Source: an uncultured Mailhella sp.
GTDB lineage: Bacteria; Desulfobacterota; Desulfovibrionia; Desulfovibrionales; Desulfovibrionaceae
Assembly (NCBI RefSeq): GCF_944324575.1
Contig: NZ_CALUWV010000002.1
Coordinates: forward strand, 13,706 to 77,705
Direction of reading: 5' to 3'
Length of the DNA: 64,000 bases
Shown: positions 21,162-29,760 of the stretch, one piece after another
How positions within the stretch are numbered: position 1 is the first letter of the stretch
How the letters are laid out: the number at the start of each line of letters is the position of its first letter
Position numbers and translations under genes: made by a program
Notes under the pieces: generated by a model
Databases searched by the model: none
Told to the model about the DNA's origin: nothing
Seen by the model: only the letters and a program-made list of their open reading frames with translations

Positions 21162-21542
21162 TCAGAGCGTTCCGTTGCCGTTTTCAGGACTGCAGGGAAA
21201 AATCATCACGCGCCTGCCCGCGAGACGTGCCCGGGCAAGGGTGTCCCGCGTGCCCGGGGAACAGCCGTCCCAGAATGCGACCACGACGTCGGCAAGTCTC
21301 ACGATTTCCGAGTTGCGCACGGGACCCGCGCTTCTGCCGAACTTCTTCCAGTCGGCAGGAACCACCACAAGCGGAACCCCGTGAGATGCGGCAAAGCGTT
21401 CGGCCAGCGCGTCCGCTCCCCTAGCGCCGCCGGAAACGACGGCCTCAAGATCCTCCGCGCGCACGAAGGAAAAAATACACTGCTCCATCCACGCGTAGTC
21501 GTCAAAATTGCGGGATCCCACAACCGCCAGTTTCATGTTCAC
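21162..21542 (-). CDS. DUF2493 / YspA-related SLOG family protein
   Basis: AVVGSRNF, VVSGGARGAD, PADW..FGRSAGPVRN and AFWDGCSPGT motifs. Confidence 0.85.
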   Translation of the reverse strand: MNMKLAVVGSRNFDDYAWMEQCIFSFVRAEDLEAVVSGGARGADALAERFAASHGVPLVVVPADWKKFGRSAGPVRNSEIVRLADVVVAFWDGCSPGTRDTLARARLAGRRVMIFPCSPENGNGTL

Positions 21543-21705
21543 TCCGTCGATTCTTCAACGCGGCCGCCCTTCGGCATGATTTCCGTCCCGGGAGCCAGCA
21601 TAGGAAAAGCCGGCCCATGCGGCAAGCGCTTGATTTCAGCGCCCGGCAAGGCAATAATGACAACGCTTCCCCTGCGGGAAGTCAACCTGAACCACGAGAT
21701 GTCTC

Positions 21706-22680
21706 ATGCCTGAAATGTTACCCATCGACTCTGAACTGGCCGCCAGGGCCGACGCCCTTTTTCGTGAACTGGGACTGGATCTGCCCACGGCCGTGCAGCT
21801 TTTTCTGCGGCAGTCTCTGAGGGAGCACGGACTTCCCTTCACGCCCAGACTCACGCCGCCCAGCCCCCGGCACAGCCCTGCGTCGCCCGCCCCCGCCCTT
21901 TCCCCGGAAGAAGACGCGTCCGCCTCTTTGAAAACGGCATCCCCCGCCGAGGACGAAGCGCGCGCATCCGCGGCAGAGAGCGAGAACGAAGACGCCCGGA
22001 CGGAAGAGAATCACGGCATGAACGACGAAGCAGACTTTTCCGGCGAAGAAAAGAAAGAGCCTGCCGAAGAAGCATGTCCTGCTGAGGACGAAACTTCCGA
22101 CCAGCCTTCCCGCAGCGATGCCATCTCCCCGGAATCCGACGCCCATGCGACCGACGAAGGCGGCGAGCTGCGGCAGGCCTTCCGCAACGCCAGACTCATC
22201 GGTGCTTCGCTCAGACGCGTGCGCTCGCTGAACCGGCTTTATTCCATAGGCGAACCCAATGCTCAGGTGCACGGCTGGCGCGAAGTGTACGTGTCCGGCG
22301 ACGAGCCCTTTGCCCTGGACTTCGGCGCCGTGCGGGTGGAGCTCGGCTTTCACGGCGGCGGGAGCCTCCGCATGATGGACGGCAGGCTTCCCGACAGCGT
22401 GCTCGAGGCGGACGCCGTGTATCCGCGCGACCTCAGCGCCGTGTTTTCCTCCGTCATCGGCCAGCGGCTCGTCGACGTCGCCTCCAGCCGCATCTGGAAT
22501 GAAGGACAGGAGAGAGAACAGCTCTGCCTGCGCTTTGCCAACGGCTGCACGCTGAACTTTGCTCCCGGAGGTGACTGGGGCGCGCTGTGGCTCACGGACG
22601 TGCACGGCTCGGTCATGTTCGCTCCCGAGGCCGTATGGCTGCGCGTTCTGGACGACAGAACAAGAAGCTCTCTGCGCTAG
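21706..22680 (+). CDS. RelB/DinJ-like antitoxin domain fused via an acidic linker to an unknown C-terminal domain
   Basis: IDSELAARADALFRELGLDLPTAVQLFLRQSLREHGLPF ribbon-helix-helix pattern in the first ~45 aa of a 324-aa ORF. Confidence 0.75.
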   Translation: MPEMLPIDSELAARADALFRELGLDLPTAVQLFLRQSLREHGLPFTPRLTPPSPRHSPASPAPALSPEEDASASLKTASPAEDEARASAAESENEDARTEENHGMNDEADFSGEEKKEPAEEACPAEDETSDQPSRSDAISPESDAHATDEGGELRQAFRNARLIGASLRRVRSLNRLYSIGEPNAQVHGWREVYVSGDEPFALDFGAVRVELGFHGGGSLRMMDGRLPDSVLEADAVYPRDLSAVFSSVIGQRLVDVASSRIWNEGQEREQLCLRFANGCTLNFAPGGDWGALWLTDVHGSVMFAPEAVWLRVLDDRTRSSLR

Positions 22681-22798
22681 ACCCGGCGCTCCGCCTGAAA
22701 GACCGGCACTTACCTTGTCCGACGGGAAGACGTCTCCGTTGACCGGAGCCATTTAAACGCGTATTTATGGAAAACTCCACTCCCGCAAAGGATCTGCT

Positions 22799-23242
22799 AT
22801 GGAAAAACATCTTGCAGAAATACAACACAAGTTCTCCGACTATCTCAAGCAAAAAGGTCTACGCGTCACGCCGCAGCGGCTGAAGATACTGGAAGCCTTT
22901 CTGCACGCCAACGATCATGTGTCCATGGAAGAGCTCTTTCTTCTGGTGCGCAGCCAAGACAACAGCATCGGTCAGGTCACGGTGTACCGTACGCTCAAGC
23001 TGCTCTGTGAAGCCGGTCTCGCCTCTGCCGTGAACTTTGAGGAAGGCATGGTGCGCTACGAGCCTGTGGAAATGCATCACCATGACCATCTCGTATGCGA
23101 AAAATGCGGCAAGAAAATAGAATTCGTCAACGACGCCATAGAGGATCTGCAGAACAAGGTCTGCCGCGTGCACGACTTCATTCCCACCACCCATCACATG
23201 GTGCTCTACGGCGTGTGCGCCGACTGCCGGAAAAAGGCGTGA
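22799..23242 (+). CDS. fur: Fur family transcriptional regulator
   Basis: GLRVTPQR, VTVYRTLKLL, HHHDHLVCEKCG and C-terminal CxxC. Confidence 0.9.
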   Translation: MEKHLAEIQHKFSDYLKQKGLRVTPQRLKILEAFLHANDHVSMEELFLLVRSQDNSIGQVTVYRTLKLLCEAGLASAVNFEEGMVRYEPVEMHHHDHLVCEKCGKKIEFVNDAIEDLQNKVCRVHDFIPTTHHMVLYGVCADCRKKA

Positions 23243-23244
23243 CC

Positions 23245-23640
23245 ATGGAAAAACTCACGCTTTCCACCCGCGTCCGGGAAGAAATGCTTAACGTTACCGA
23301 CGCTCTGCGCCTCACCGTCGAAGAACGCGGCTGGAAGGACGGCGTTCTTGTCGTCTTCTGCCCGCACACCACCTGCGGCCTTACCGTCAATGAAGGCTTC
23401 GATCCGGACGTCGCCTTCGACATGACGCGCTTCTTTCATGAGCAGGTTCCGCAGAACTACGGCTTCCGTCATGCGGAAGGCAACGCCGACGCCCACATCA
23501 AGGCCGGCCTTTTCGGCTCGTCGGTCAGCCTCATCGTGGAAGAGGGCCGTCTTCTGCTCGGAACATGGCAGGCCGTGTGGCTGTTTGAAGGCGACGGCCC
23601 CCGCCGTCGCGAGCTCTGGCTGAAGTGGCTTGCCGCCTGA
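23245..23640 (+). CDS. yjbQ: YjbQ / UPF0047 family protein
   Basis: HTTCGLTVNEGFDPDV, EGNADAHIK and LGTWQ motifs. Confidence 0.9.
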   Translation: MEKLTLSTRVREEMLNVTDALRLTVEERGWKDGVLVVFCPHTTCGLTVNEGFDPDVAFDMTRFFHEQVPQNYGFRHAEGNADAHIKAGLFGSSVSLIVEEGRLLLGTWQAVWLFEGDGPRRRELWLKWLAA

Positions 23641-23760
23641 GCTTCCTGCGGGCGGTCCGGATTGCGACGCCTCCCGGCCTCTCCCTCAAGAAAAAAAGCG
23701 TCCCGTCCGGCAATCTTCCGGACAAGACGCCCGCCGTACGCCGTGCCGCGCTTCGTCCCG

Positions 23761-24909
23761 TCAGCCCTGCGTGCTGCGGCAATAGCCTCCGCTCATGCCT
23801 TCAGGACTCAGCACGAGCTGCCAGAGCTGTATGCTCCTTGCCCGGAACGCTCCCGCGCAGGAAAGAAGATAATACTGATACATCCTGTGCTGCCTCTCCG
23901 TACAGGAGAAGGCTCCGTCACGAAGGCCGAGCTCAAAGTTCTCATGCCACGCCATGAGCGTCTTGTCGTAGTCCACGCCGAAATTCTGCCAGTCCTCAAG
24001 AATGAAGTCCCGCTCCAGCGCATCCACGAGCGTTGAAGGCGACGGAAGCACGCCGTTGGGAAAAATGTAGTGCGTAAGCCACGGATCCGCCCCGGCCCCC
24101 ACGCCGAAAGCTCCGTTGCTGCCTATGCTGTGCAGAAGGAAAAGCCCTCCCCCTTTCAGGCAGTTTCTGGCAATGTCCATGAATTCCCGGTAATTGCGTC
24201 TGCCCACGTGCTCAAACATGCCTACGGACACCACCCTGTCCCACTCGCCCCGCAAGCTGCGGTAGTCCATGAGCCGGTATTCCACGTCCACGCCTGAAGA
24301 GGCCGCCTTATCCTGCGCAAAGGCAAGCTGTTCACGCGAGACGGTAATGCCCGTCACCTGCACGCCGTGCTCCTCTGCCATATGCAGCGCAAGAGAACCC
24401 CAGCCGCAGCCTATGTCGAGCACAGTCATGCCCGGTTCAAGCGCCAGCTTGCGGCAGATCATTTCCATCTTCTGTTCCTGCGCCGCATTGAGTCCCGCCG
24501 CTCCCACGGCATCCACGCCCTCCCAGCGCGCGCAGCTGTACTGCATGGACGGGCCAAGCATGGTCCGAAACAGCGCAGGATCGGTGTCGTAATGGGCTCG
24601 CGCCACCATGAAGGCACGGGCGCGGCTCTGAAGGTTGAACAGCGCCTGTGCCGCCTCCGTCAACCAGAAGGGCACATTGCGGGTAAACGCCTGCTCGATG
24701 CGCGCACGAAGCGCCCGGCAGAACATGACGTCCATGGCCTCGCAGTCCCACCAGCCGTCCATATAGGCCTCTCCGAGTCCCAGCGTTCCCTGTCTGAGCA
24801 CTCGCGCGTACAAGTCGTCGTTGTGCACCTGAATGTCCCACGGCCTGTCACCGTTGATGCGTATGTCCGCCCTTTCGGCAAGTCGCTGCACAATTTCCCG
24901 TGCCTGCAT
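23761..24909 (-). CDS. cfa: Cyclopropane-fatty-acyl-phospholipid synthase
   Basis: LGLGEAYMDGWW, HYD, MQYSCARW, VLDIGCGWG, SVGMFEHVG and YIFPNG motifs. Confidence 0.95.
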   Translation of the reverse strand: MQAREIVQRLAERADIRINGDRPWDIQVHNDDLYARVLRQGTLGLGEAYMDGWWDCEAMDVMFCRALRARIEQAFTRNVPFWLTEAAQALFNLQSRARAFMVARAHYDTDPALFRTMLGPSMQYSCARWEGVDAVGAAGLNAAQEQKMEMICRKLALEPGMTVLDIGCGWGSLALHMAEEHGVQVTGITVSREQLAFAQDKAASSGVDVEYRLMDYRSLRGEWDRVVSVGMFEHVGRRNYREFMDIARNCLKGGGLFLLHSIGSNGAFGVGAGADPWLTHYIFPNGVLPSPSTLVDALERDFILEDWQNFGVDYDKTLMAWHENFELGLRDGAFSCTERQHRMYQYYLLSCAGAFRARSIQLWQLVLSPEGMSGGYCRSTQG

Positions 24910-25131
24910 GAAAAATCTCCTTTTTTCCTGCATAGTAACGGGAACACAGTCCTGATTCCATGATAGTGCGTTCTCCGAAGGGAAAAATAATCGCCTCCTT
25001 TTTTGGTCTCTCGAGTCGCTCCCGTCTTTCGCTTCCGCCCGACGCACTTTTTACTTGAAACTTCACGGGAAACCGTGGTTCACTTTTTACAACCCTGCTG
25101 CCTGAATCCGCCATTTTTCAGGAGAGCCTTC

Positions 25132-27606
25132 ATGACCTTTCCATCCCGCACTCCGTCTTTCCCCTTCCGACCCGGCCTGATGCTCCTTGTCGCCGGAGCC
25201 TTTCTCTCGCTCTCGGCCCTCGTCATGTTCTTTGCCGGAAACTGGCATACTCTGCCCGCCCCGGCAAAATTCTCCCTTGCCGCAGGCGGAACGGCGCTCA
25301 TGCTCGCGCTTGCCCTGGCCTCCGAACGAAAAGGACTCCACCATCCTGCCACTCTTGCTCTGTTTTCATCCGCCATGTTCACGGGCCTGTTCTGGGTCGT
25401 GTTCGGGCAGACCTTCCAGAGCGGGGCTACGTTCCGGGAGCTGTGTCTTGCCTGGGCCGTCTCCGTCGTTCCGATATTTCTTCTGCGCCGCACCGCGTCC
25501 CTCTGGAACCAGCTTGTCGTTCTTCTCTCCGTCGCCGCCTGTTCTCAGCCTGTTCTGGAAGACTGGCAGGGCACGTACGTCTCGCATCTTCTCGCACCGC
25601 TTCTGACAGCCGCCGCCTTTCTGACAGCAGCACTTCTGCCGCCCTCATGGCTGCGCCGCCCCCGCGGCCTGAATGCATGGCTTGCCCTGCCGCTCACCCT
25701 GCTTCTTGCGGAAGCCACGGTCCTGTGCACGTTCTGCATTCTTTCCCTGCCACTCCGGTATCAACCATCCCTGCCGGAACTTGCGGCCGGACCGCTCGTG
25801 CTGGTCGCCGCTCTCGGCGCAGGCCTCATCACCCGCCATGCGCTCACGCTCTGCGAAATCTCCCTGTACGGCGTCGTGCTGATGAATGCGGCCCTGTTCC
25901 GACTTCTCGATGATCTTCCCGTCACAGCCGAGGCCACGCTGTTCACGCTTGCCAACGGCGCATCTGCCCTCCTTCTGGCCTCCGCCCTGCCGAGGCTTTC
26001 CTCATGGAAACATCACCCGCGCCTGCACCGGACGCTTGCCCGCGTGCCAGCCTTCTTCGGCGGACTGCTCTGCGCCCTCTCCCTTATGACCATGACGGCG
26101 TTTGTCTTTGCCCGGGAGCATTTCAGTGCCACGCTCCTTGCGGCAGGGCTTCTCTATATGTTGCTGGGCACGCTGCTGTGGCGCATCCGCAGACAAAGCA
26201 CATTCGTCGCCGTGCTCGGCTCCATGCTCGTATCCGGCGGATCCCTCAGCTTTCACATCGGCCTTCTGGACTACAGAGCCGGCATCATTCTCGCTTCCGT
26301 ATGGGCAGCGGCAGCCATGCTCTATGCTCTCATCAACTACACTCCGCTGCGCTTCTTTACCGTGTTCTGGGCACTCGTCTCCACCATGGTCTTTCTTCCT
26401 CAGCTGGCGGGCGACCATCTGCCTCTTTCTCTCCCCGTCTTTGTCTTCTGCGCTCTTCCCCTCGCAACGGCAGCGTGGGGCCGATTTCCCCAAGGTATTC
26501 TGCGGCCGGCCGCCTTCGCCTGCCTCGCCTCTCTTCCGTTTCTCTCCCCCTTCCTTCCTCCCCTCTCCCCGCTGCGCCTAGACTTCGGTACCCCGGAAGA
26601 AAAAGCCGTCGTTACCCTCGCCGTTCTCAATCTGGCCGTAATGATGATGCGACGGCTGACTTCGCCTGCACGTTCCGCCCGTTCCAGCCCCTCAGTCATC
26701 GCGGCAGCCGTCGCCGTTCTGCCGGTGCTGTGGTTTCTGAGCACGCCGGAAACGCTCATCGCTCTGAACATGCTTGCCGCAGGCACGGGAGAAAACTGTC
26801 TCCGCCCCCGCAATACCTGCGCTCCCGCCTCTCACGGCGACGGAGCGCTCATCGCCTTCGGAGCGCTGGCGCTCATCGGAAGCAGCGTTCTTTTCTGCGT
26901 TGTTCCGGAGTTTTCCTTTCGCTTCAAAATGCTGCACCTGGGCATTCCCGGCCTCTGCCTGTTCTTCTCCGGGCTTCAGATGGAACGCAGAACCACTGCC
27001 TTTGCCCGAAGCCTCCATCCCGACAATTCAAAAACTTCCCTTCTGCGGCAGTCTCTGCCCTTTGCGCTTTGCGCTCTGGCCATAGCCGCCCTGTTTTCCG
27101 TCGCCGTAGCGGACAGACTGACCATGTTCCGCGAGGGAAGAACCGTGCTTCTGCGCCTCCGTCCGCAGGAACGGCAGGTCTTCATGCTCGGCGACTCCAT
27201 GCATCTTTTATACGACGCCGACCGAAATATTTCTTCCGGCCTCAGCGGCCCCGGATGTCTGCCGCTCGATGTGAGAGAAAACGGCACGGCCGAGGCTCTG
27301 CCGGAGGCCTTTATCGAAGGAGCGGACTGCAGCACGTTTTCCGGCCCCGCCATCACCGTGGAAAAAACGGCGTTCGGACGCATGCGCCTTCGTCTGCCGC
27401 GCCGCTGGTACTTTCAGGAAGGACTCGGCATGTACTACGAGGACGCCGTCTTCGCCGCGCTTCTCTTCGACGGGAAAAACCGCATTCTTCTGAGAGGACT
27501 TGCCGACAAAAAGGGCCGCATCATCCTTCCCCCGCACACGGAAGGCTTTACGGACGAAAAAAGCGCGCCTTCATCCCCGAAGGAGGATGAAAACGCGCCT
27601 GAATAG
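25132..27606 (+). CDS. Large membrane protein: DUF2157-like N-terminus fused to a C-terminal GDYXXLXY-like domain
   Basis: FFAGNWHTLPAPAKF and GQTFQSGA (DUF2157); GRTVLLRLRP...LGDSMHLLY and RWYFQEG (GDYXXLXY). Confidence 0.8.
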   Translation: MTFPSRTPSFPFRPGLMLLVAGAFLSLSALVMFFAGNWHTLPAPAKFSLAAGGTALMLALALASERKGLHHPATLALFSSAMFTGLFWVVFGQTFQSGATFRELCLAWAVSVVPIFLLRRTASLWNQLVVLLSVAACSQPVLEDWQGTYVSHLLAPLLTAAAFLTAALLPPSWLRRPRGLNAWLALPLTLLLAEATVLCTFCILSLPLRYQPSLPELAAGPLVLVAALGAGLITRHALTLCEISLYGVVLMNAALFRLLDDLPVTAEATLFTLANGASALLLASALPRLSSWKHHPRLHRTLARVPAFFGGLLCALSLMTMTAFVFAREHFSATLLAAGLLYMLLGTLLWRIRRQSTFVAVLGSMLVSGGSLSFHIGLLDYRAGIILASVWAAAAMLYALINYTPLRFFTVFWALVSTMVFLPQLAGDHLPLSLPVFVFCALPLATAAWGRFPQGILRPAAFACLASLPFLSPFLPPLSPLRLDFGTPEEKAVVTLAVLNLAVMMMRRLTSPARSARSSPSVIAAAVAVLPVLWFLSTPETLIALNMLAAGTGENCLRPRNTCAPASHGDGALIAFGALALIGSSVLFCVVPEFSFRFKMLHLGIPGLCLFFSGLQMERRTTAFARSLHPDNSKTSLLRQSLPFALCALAIAALFSVAVADRLTMFREGRTVLLRLRPQERQVFMLGDSMHLLYDADRNISSGLSGPGCLPLDVRENGTAEALPEAFIEGADCSTFSGPAITVEKTAFGRMRLRLPRRWYFQEGLGMYYEDAVFAALLFDGKNRILLRGLADKKGRIILPPHTEGFTDEKSAPSSPKEDENAPE

Positions 27607-27661
27607 GCTTTCGCCCAAAGACGGGCAGGAGTCTCCGAGCCTGTCTCGTCCAGAGCCCTGC

Positions 27662-28327
27662 CTATGACAGGTATGCTTCCGGAGCGGCGGCCATGTCCTG
27701 CATCTCGTTGATGAGACGGCAGGTGTGATAGCCGTCGGCCACGGCGTGACTGACGGATACCGACACCGGAATGACGAGCTTCTCTCCCCGCATCCCGTAT
27801 TTCCCGAACTTGATGAGCGGTGCGAAGAACTCGCTCTCAGCGTAGGAATCCTGGGCAAAATGCGTGAAGGCAAGCCACGGCACGTTGGACACGGGGCAGA
27901 TGTTGGGCGGCTGTCCGTCGCGTGCCTTGATTCTGCCCGTTACGTGGCGGTAGCGCTCCATGTCCTCCGTCACCGTGGCATAAAAGCGGGAAAAGTCCTC
28001 GGAATATTCGCTCCAGATGTCGGTGAAGGTCTCGTTTTCCGGATGGAACAGCGTGTAGCACGGCATGAGCTCATCCCAGAAGCCGAGTTCATGATGTTCG
28101 TTGAAGGCCATGCGGAATTCTTCATGCGCATTCACGACGCGCATGACGATATAGAGCATGACGGGAAAAAACTTCAGTCCGCGCTCCCGGCGAAAGCGCT
28201 GAAGATTTGTGATGTCGAGATCGGTCCCGATGTTGTAACGACACTTGATGGTGTTGAAATAATAGTCGAAATACGCGCTTCTTGCCCAGGTGTCACGATT
28301 GATGACATGAAAGACGGCTTCCTTCAT
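27662..28327 (-). CDS. Type A chloramphenicol acetyltransferase-like protein
   Basis: W.R..YFDYY, LKFFP, VSNVPWLAFT, PLIKFGKY and HAVADGYH (catalytic His/Asp). Confidence 0.88.
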   Translation of the reverse strand: MKEAVFHVINRDTWARSAYFDYYFNTIKCRYNIGTDLDITNLQRFRRERGLKFFPVMLYIVMRVVNAHEEFRMAFNEHHELGFWDELMPCYTLFHPENETFTDIWSEYSEDFSRFYATVTEDMERYRHVTGRIKARDGQPPNICPVSNVPWLAFTHFAQDSYAESEFFAPLIKFGKYGMRGEKLVIPVSVSVSHAVADGYHTCRLINEMQDMAAAPEAYLS

Positions 28328-28502
28328 GAATCCTCCGCTTCCGGCGTTTTCCCGCCGATTTCCATGCAGGGCGCGCAAAAGGCGCGCCTCGTTGCTCCGG
28401 ACAGCGCGCCTTTCGGAACCGCCGATTGCCCTCGTCGTTTCATGTCCGTCTCTTTTCCGTCCGACGCAGAAACCTCAGTTCCTCGTCCGCTTGGAAACAG
28501 AC

Positions 28503-28808
28503 TCAGGCAATGAACAGCTCCACCACGAAAACCAGCACGCATGCCGCCACGGCCACGCTGAAAAGGCTTGCGCCGAACCAGGCGAGAACCACGGCCGCCA
28601 CCAGTCCGGCAAGACCGGAAATCTGGCTGCCCGTGGAATCCAGTATGGCCGGAAACGTCATGACGGACAAGGTCACATAGGGAATGTAGTAAAGAAACGA
28701 ACGGATGGTGACATTGTGCACCTCACGCCGTATGAGCGTAAGTGGAAGCACGCGTATGAGGTAGGTCACCACGGCCATTACGGCAATGTACATAAGCGTG
28801 TCACGCAT
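28503..28808 (-). CDS. azlD: AzlD family branched-chain amino acid transporter subunit
   Basis: MAVVTYLIRVLP and SFLYYIPY; overlaps the azlC stop. Confidence 0.85.
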   Translation of the reverse strand: MRDTLMYIAVMAVVTYLIRVLPLTLIRREVHNVTIRSFLYYIPYVTLSVMTFPAILDSTGSQISGLAGLVAAVVLAWFGASLFSVAVAACVLVFVVELFIA

Positions 28809-29553
28809 GACTCTGCCCTCCGTCCTCATTTTCTGCGCCATGGCCCGCAAGCCCCCTGTCCACGGGGAAAAGAAACGCCGCCGCTCCGGAAATGAGCACC
28901 GTGAGAATGATGATCTTCATGCCGCCGGAAATACCGCTGAAAAGCGGCAGCCGGGCAAAAAGCCAGCTCAGCGCCATGGATGCGAGAATAAGCACGGCAA
29001 GCAGCCTGTCCCGGCGCGCCGGAGGCACGATAATGGCGATGAACATGCCGTAGAGAGCTACGCTGAGCGCAACCACAATGCGCGCAGGCAGTACGTTGCC
29101 GAGCACCACGCCGAAAAGCGTGCCGAGAGCCCATGCCGGAGAGGCGATGCTCACGGCTCCGTACACATAAAAGGGGTCGAGTCTGCCGGGCACGTTCACG
29201 GAAATACCGAAAATTTCATCCGTCACGCCGTAGCCCACAAGAAGCCGGTGATACATGGGCGTTTCGGGCGCCATCTTCTGCGAGAGCGAACAGGACATGA
29301 GCATGTAGCGCAGATTGATGACAAACTGTGAGAGCGCCATTTCCCAGTAGGACGAACCCGCCGCCATGATGCCGAGGGCCGCAAACTCTCCGGCCGACGT
29401 CAGGTTGGTGAAGCTCATGAGCGTGGAGTCGAAGGCGGAAAGTCCGATGTTGCGGCAGGCGATGCCCAGCGTGAAGGACACGGCAAAGTATCCCAGCGCA
29501 ATGGGAATGCCGTCGTGCATTCCGCTCAAAAAATTCTTTCTGTGGTCTGCCAT
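28801..29553 (-). CDS. azlC: AzlC family branched-chain amino acid permease
   Basis: GIPIALGYF, SAGEF, INLRYMLMS and VTDEIF motifs; start at 29553. Confidence 0.9.
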   Translation of the reverse strand: MADHRKNFLSGMHDGIPIALGYFAVSFTLGIACRNIGLSAFDSTLMSFTNLTSAGEFAALGIMAAGSSYWEMALSQFVINLRYMLMSCSLSQKMAPETPMYHRLLVGYGVTDEIFGISVNVPGRLDPFYVYGAVSIASPAWALGTLFGVVLGNVLPARIVVALSVALYGMFIAIIVPPARRDRLLAVLILASMALSWLFARLPLFSGISGGMKIIILTVLISGAAAFLFPVDRGLAGHGAENEDGGQSHA

Positions 29554-29760
29554 GGAATGATGTTCCCCCGAGCCCTCGCATCGTCGTCGCAGCCGACAGG
29601 GCGCGCGAACGCTCCCCGGCCTCGAGACCGGGCTGTTTTCTGAAGGCACCGGCGCAGGGCCGGGCATGCCCGTCACTGTTGGTTGTCTTTTTCCGGGAAG
29701 TAATCTTCCCTGTCCCGCATTCGTCCCCAAAACAGCCTCCATGCCCGAAGGCTACGGACG

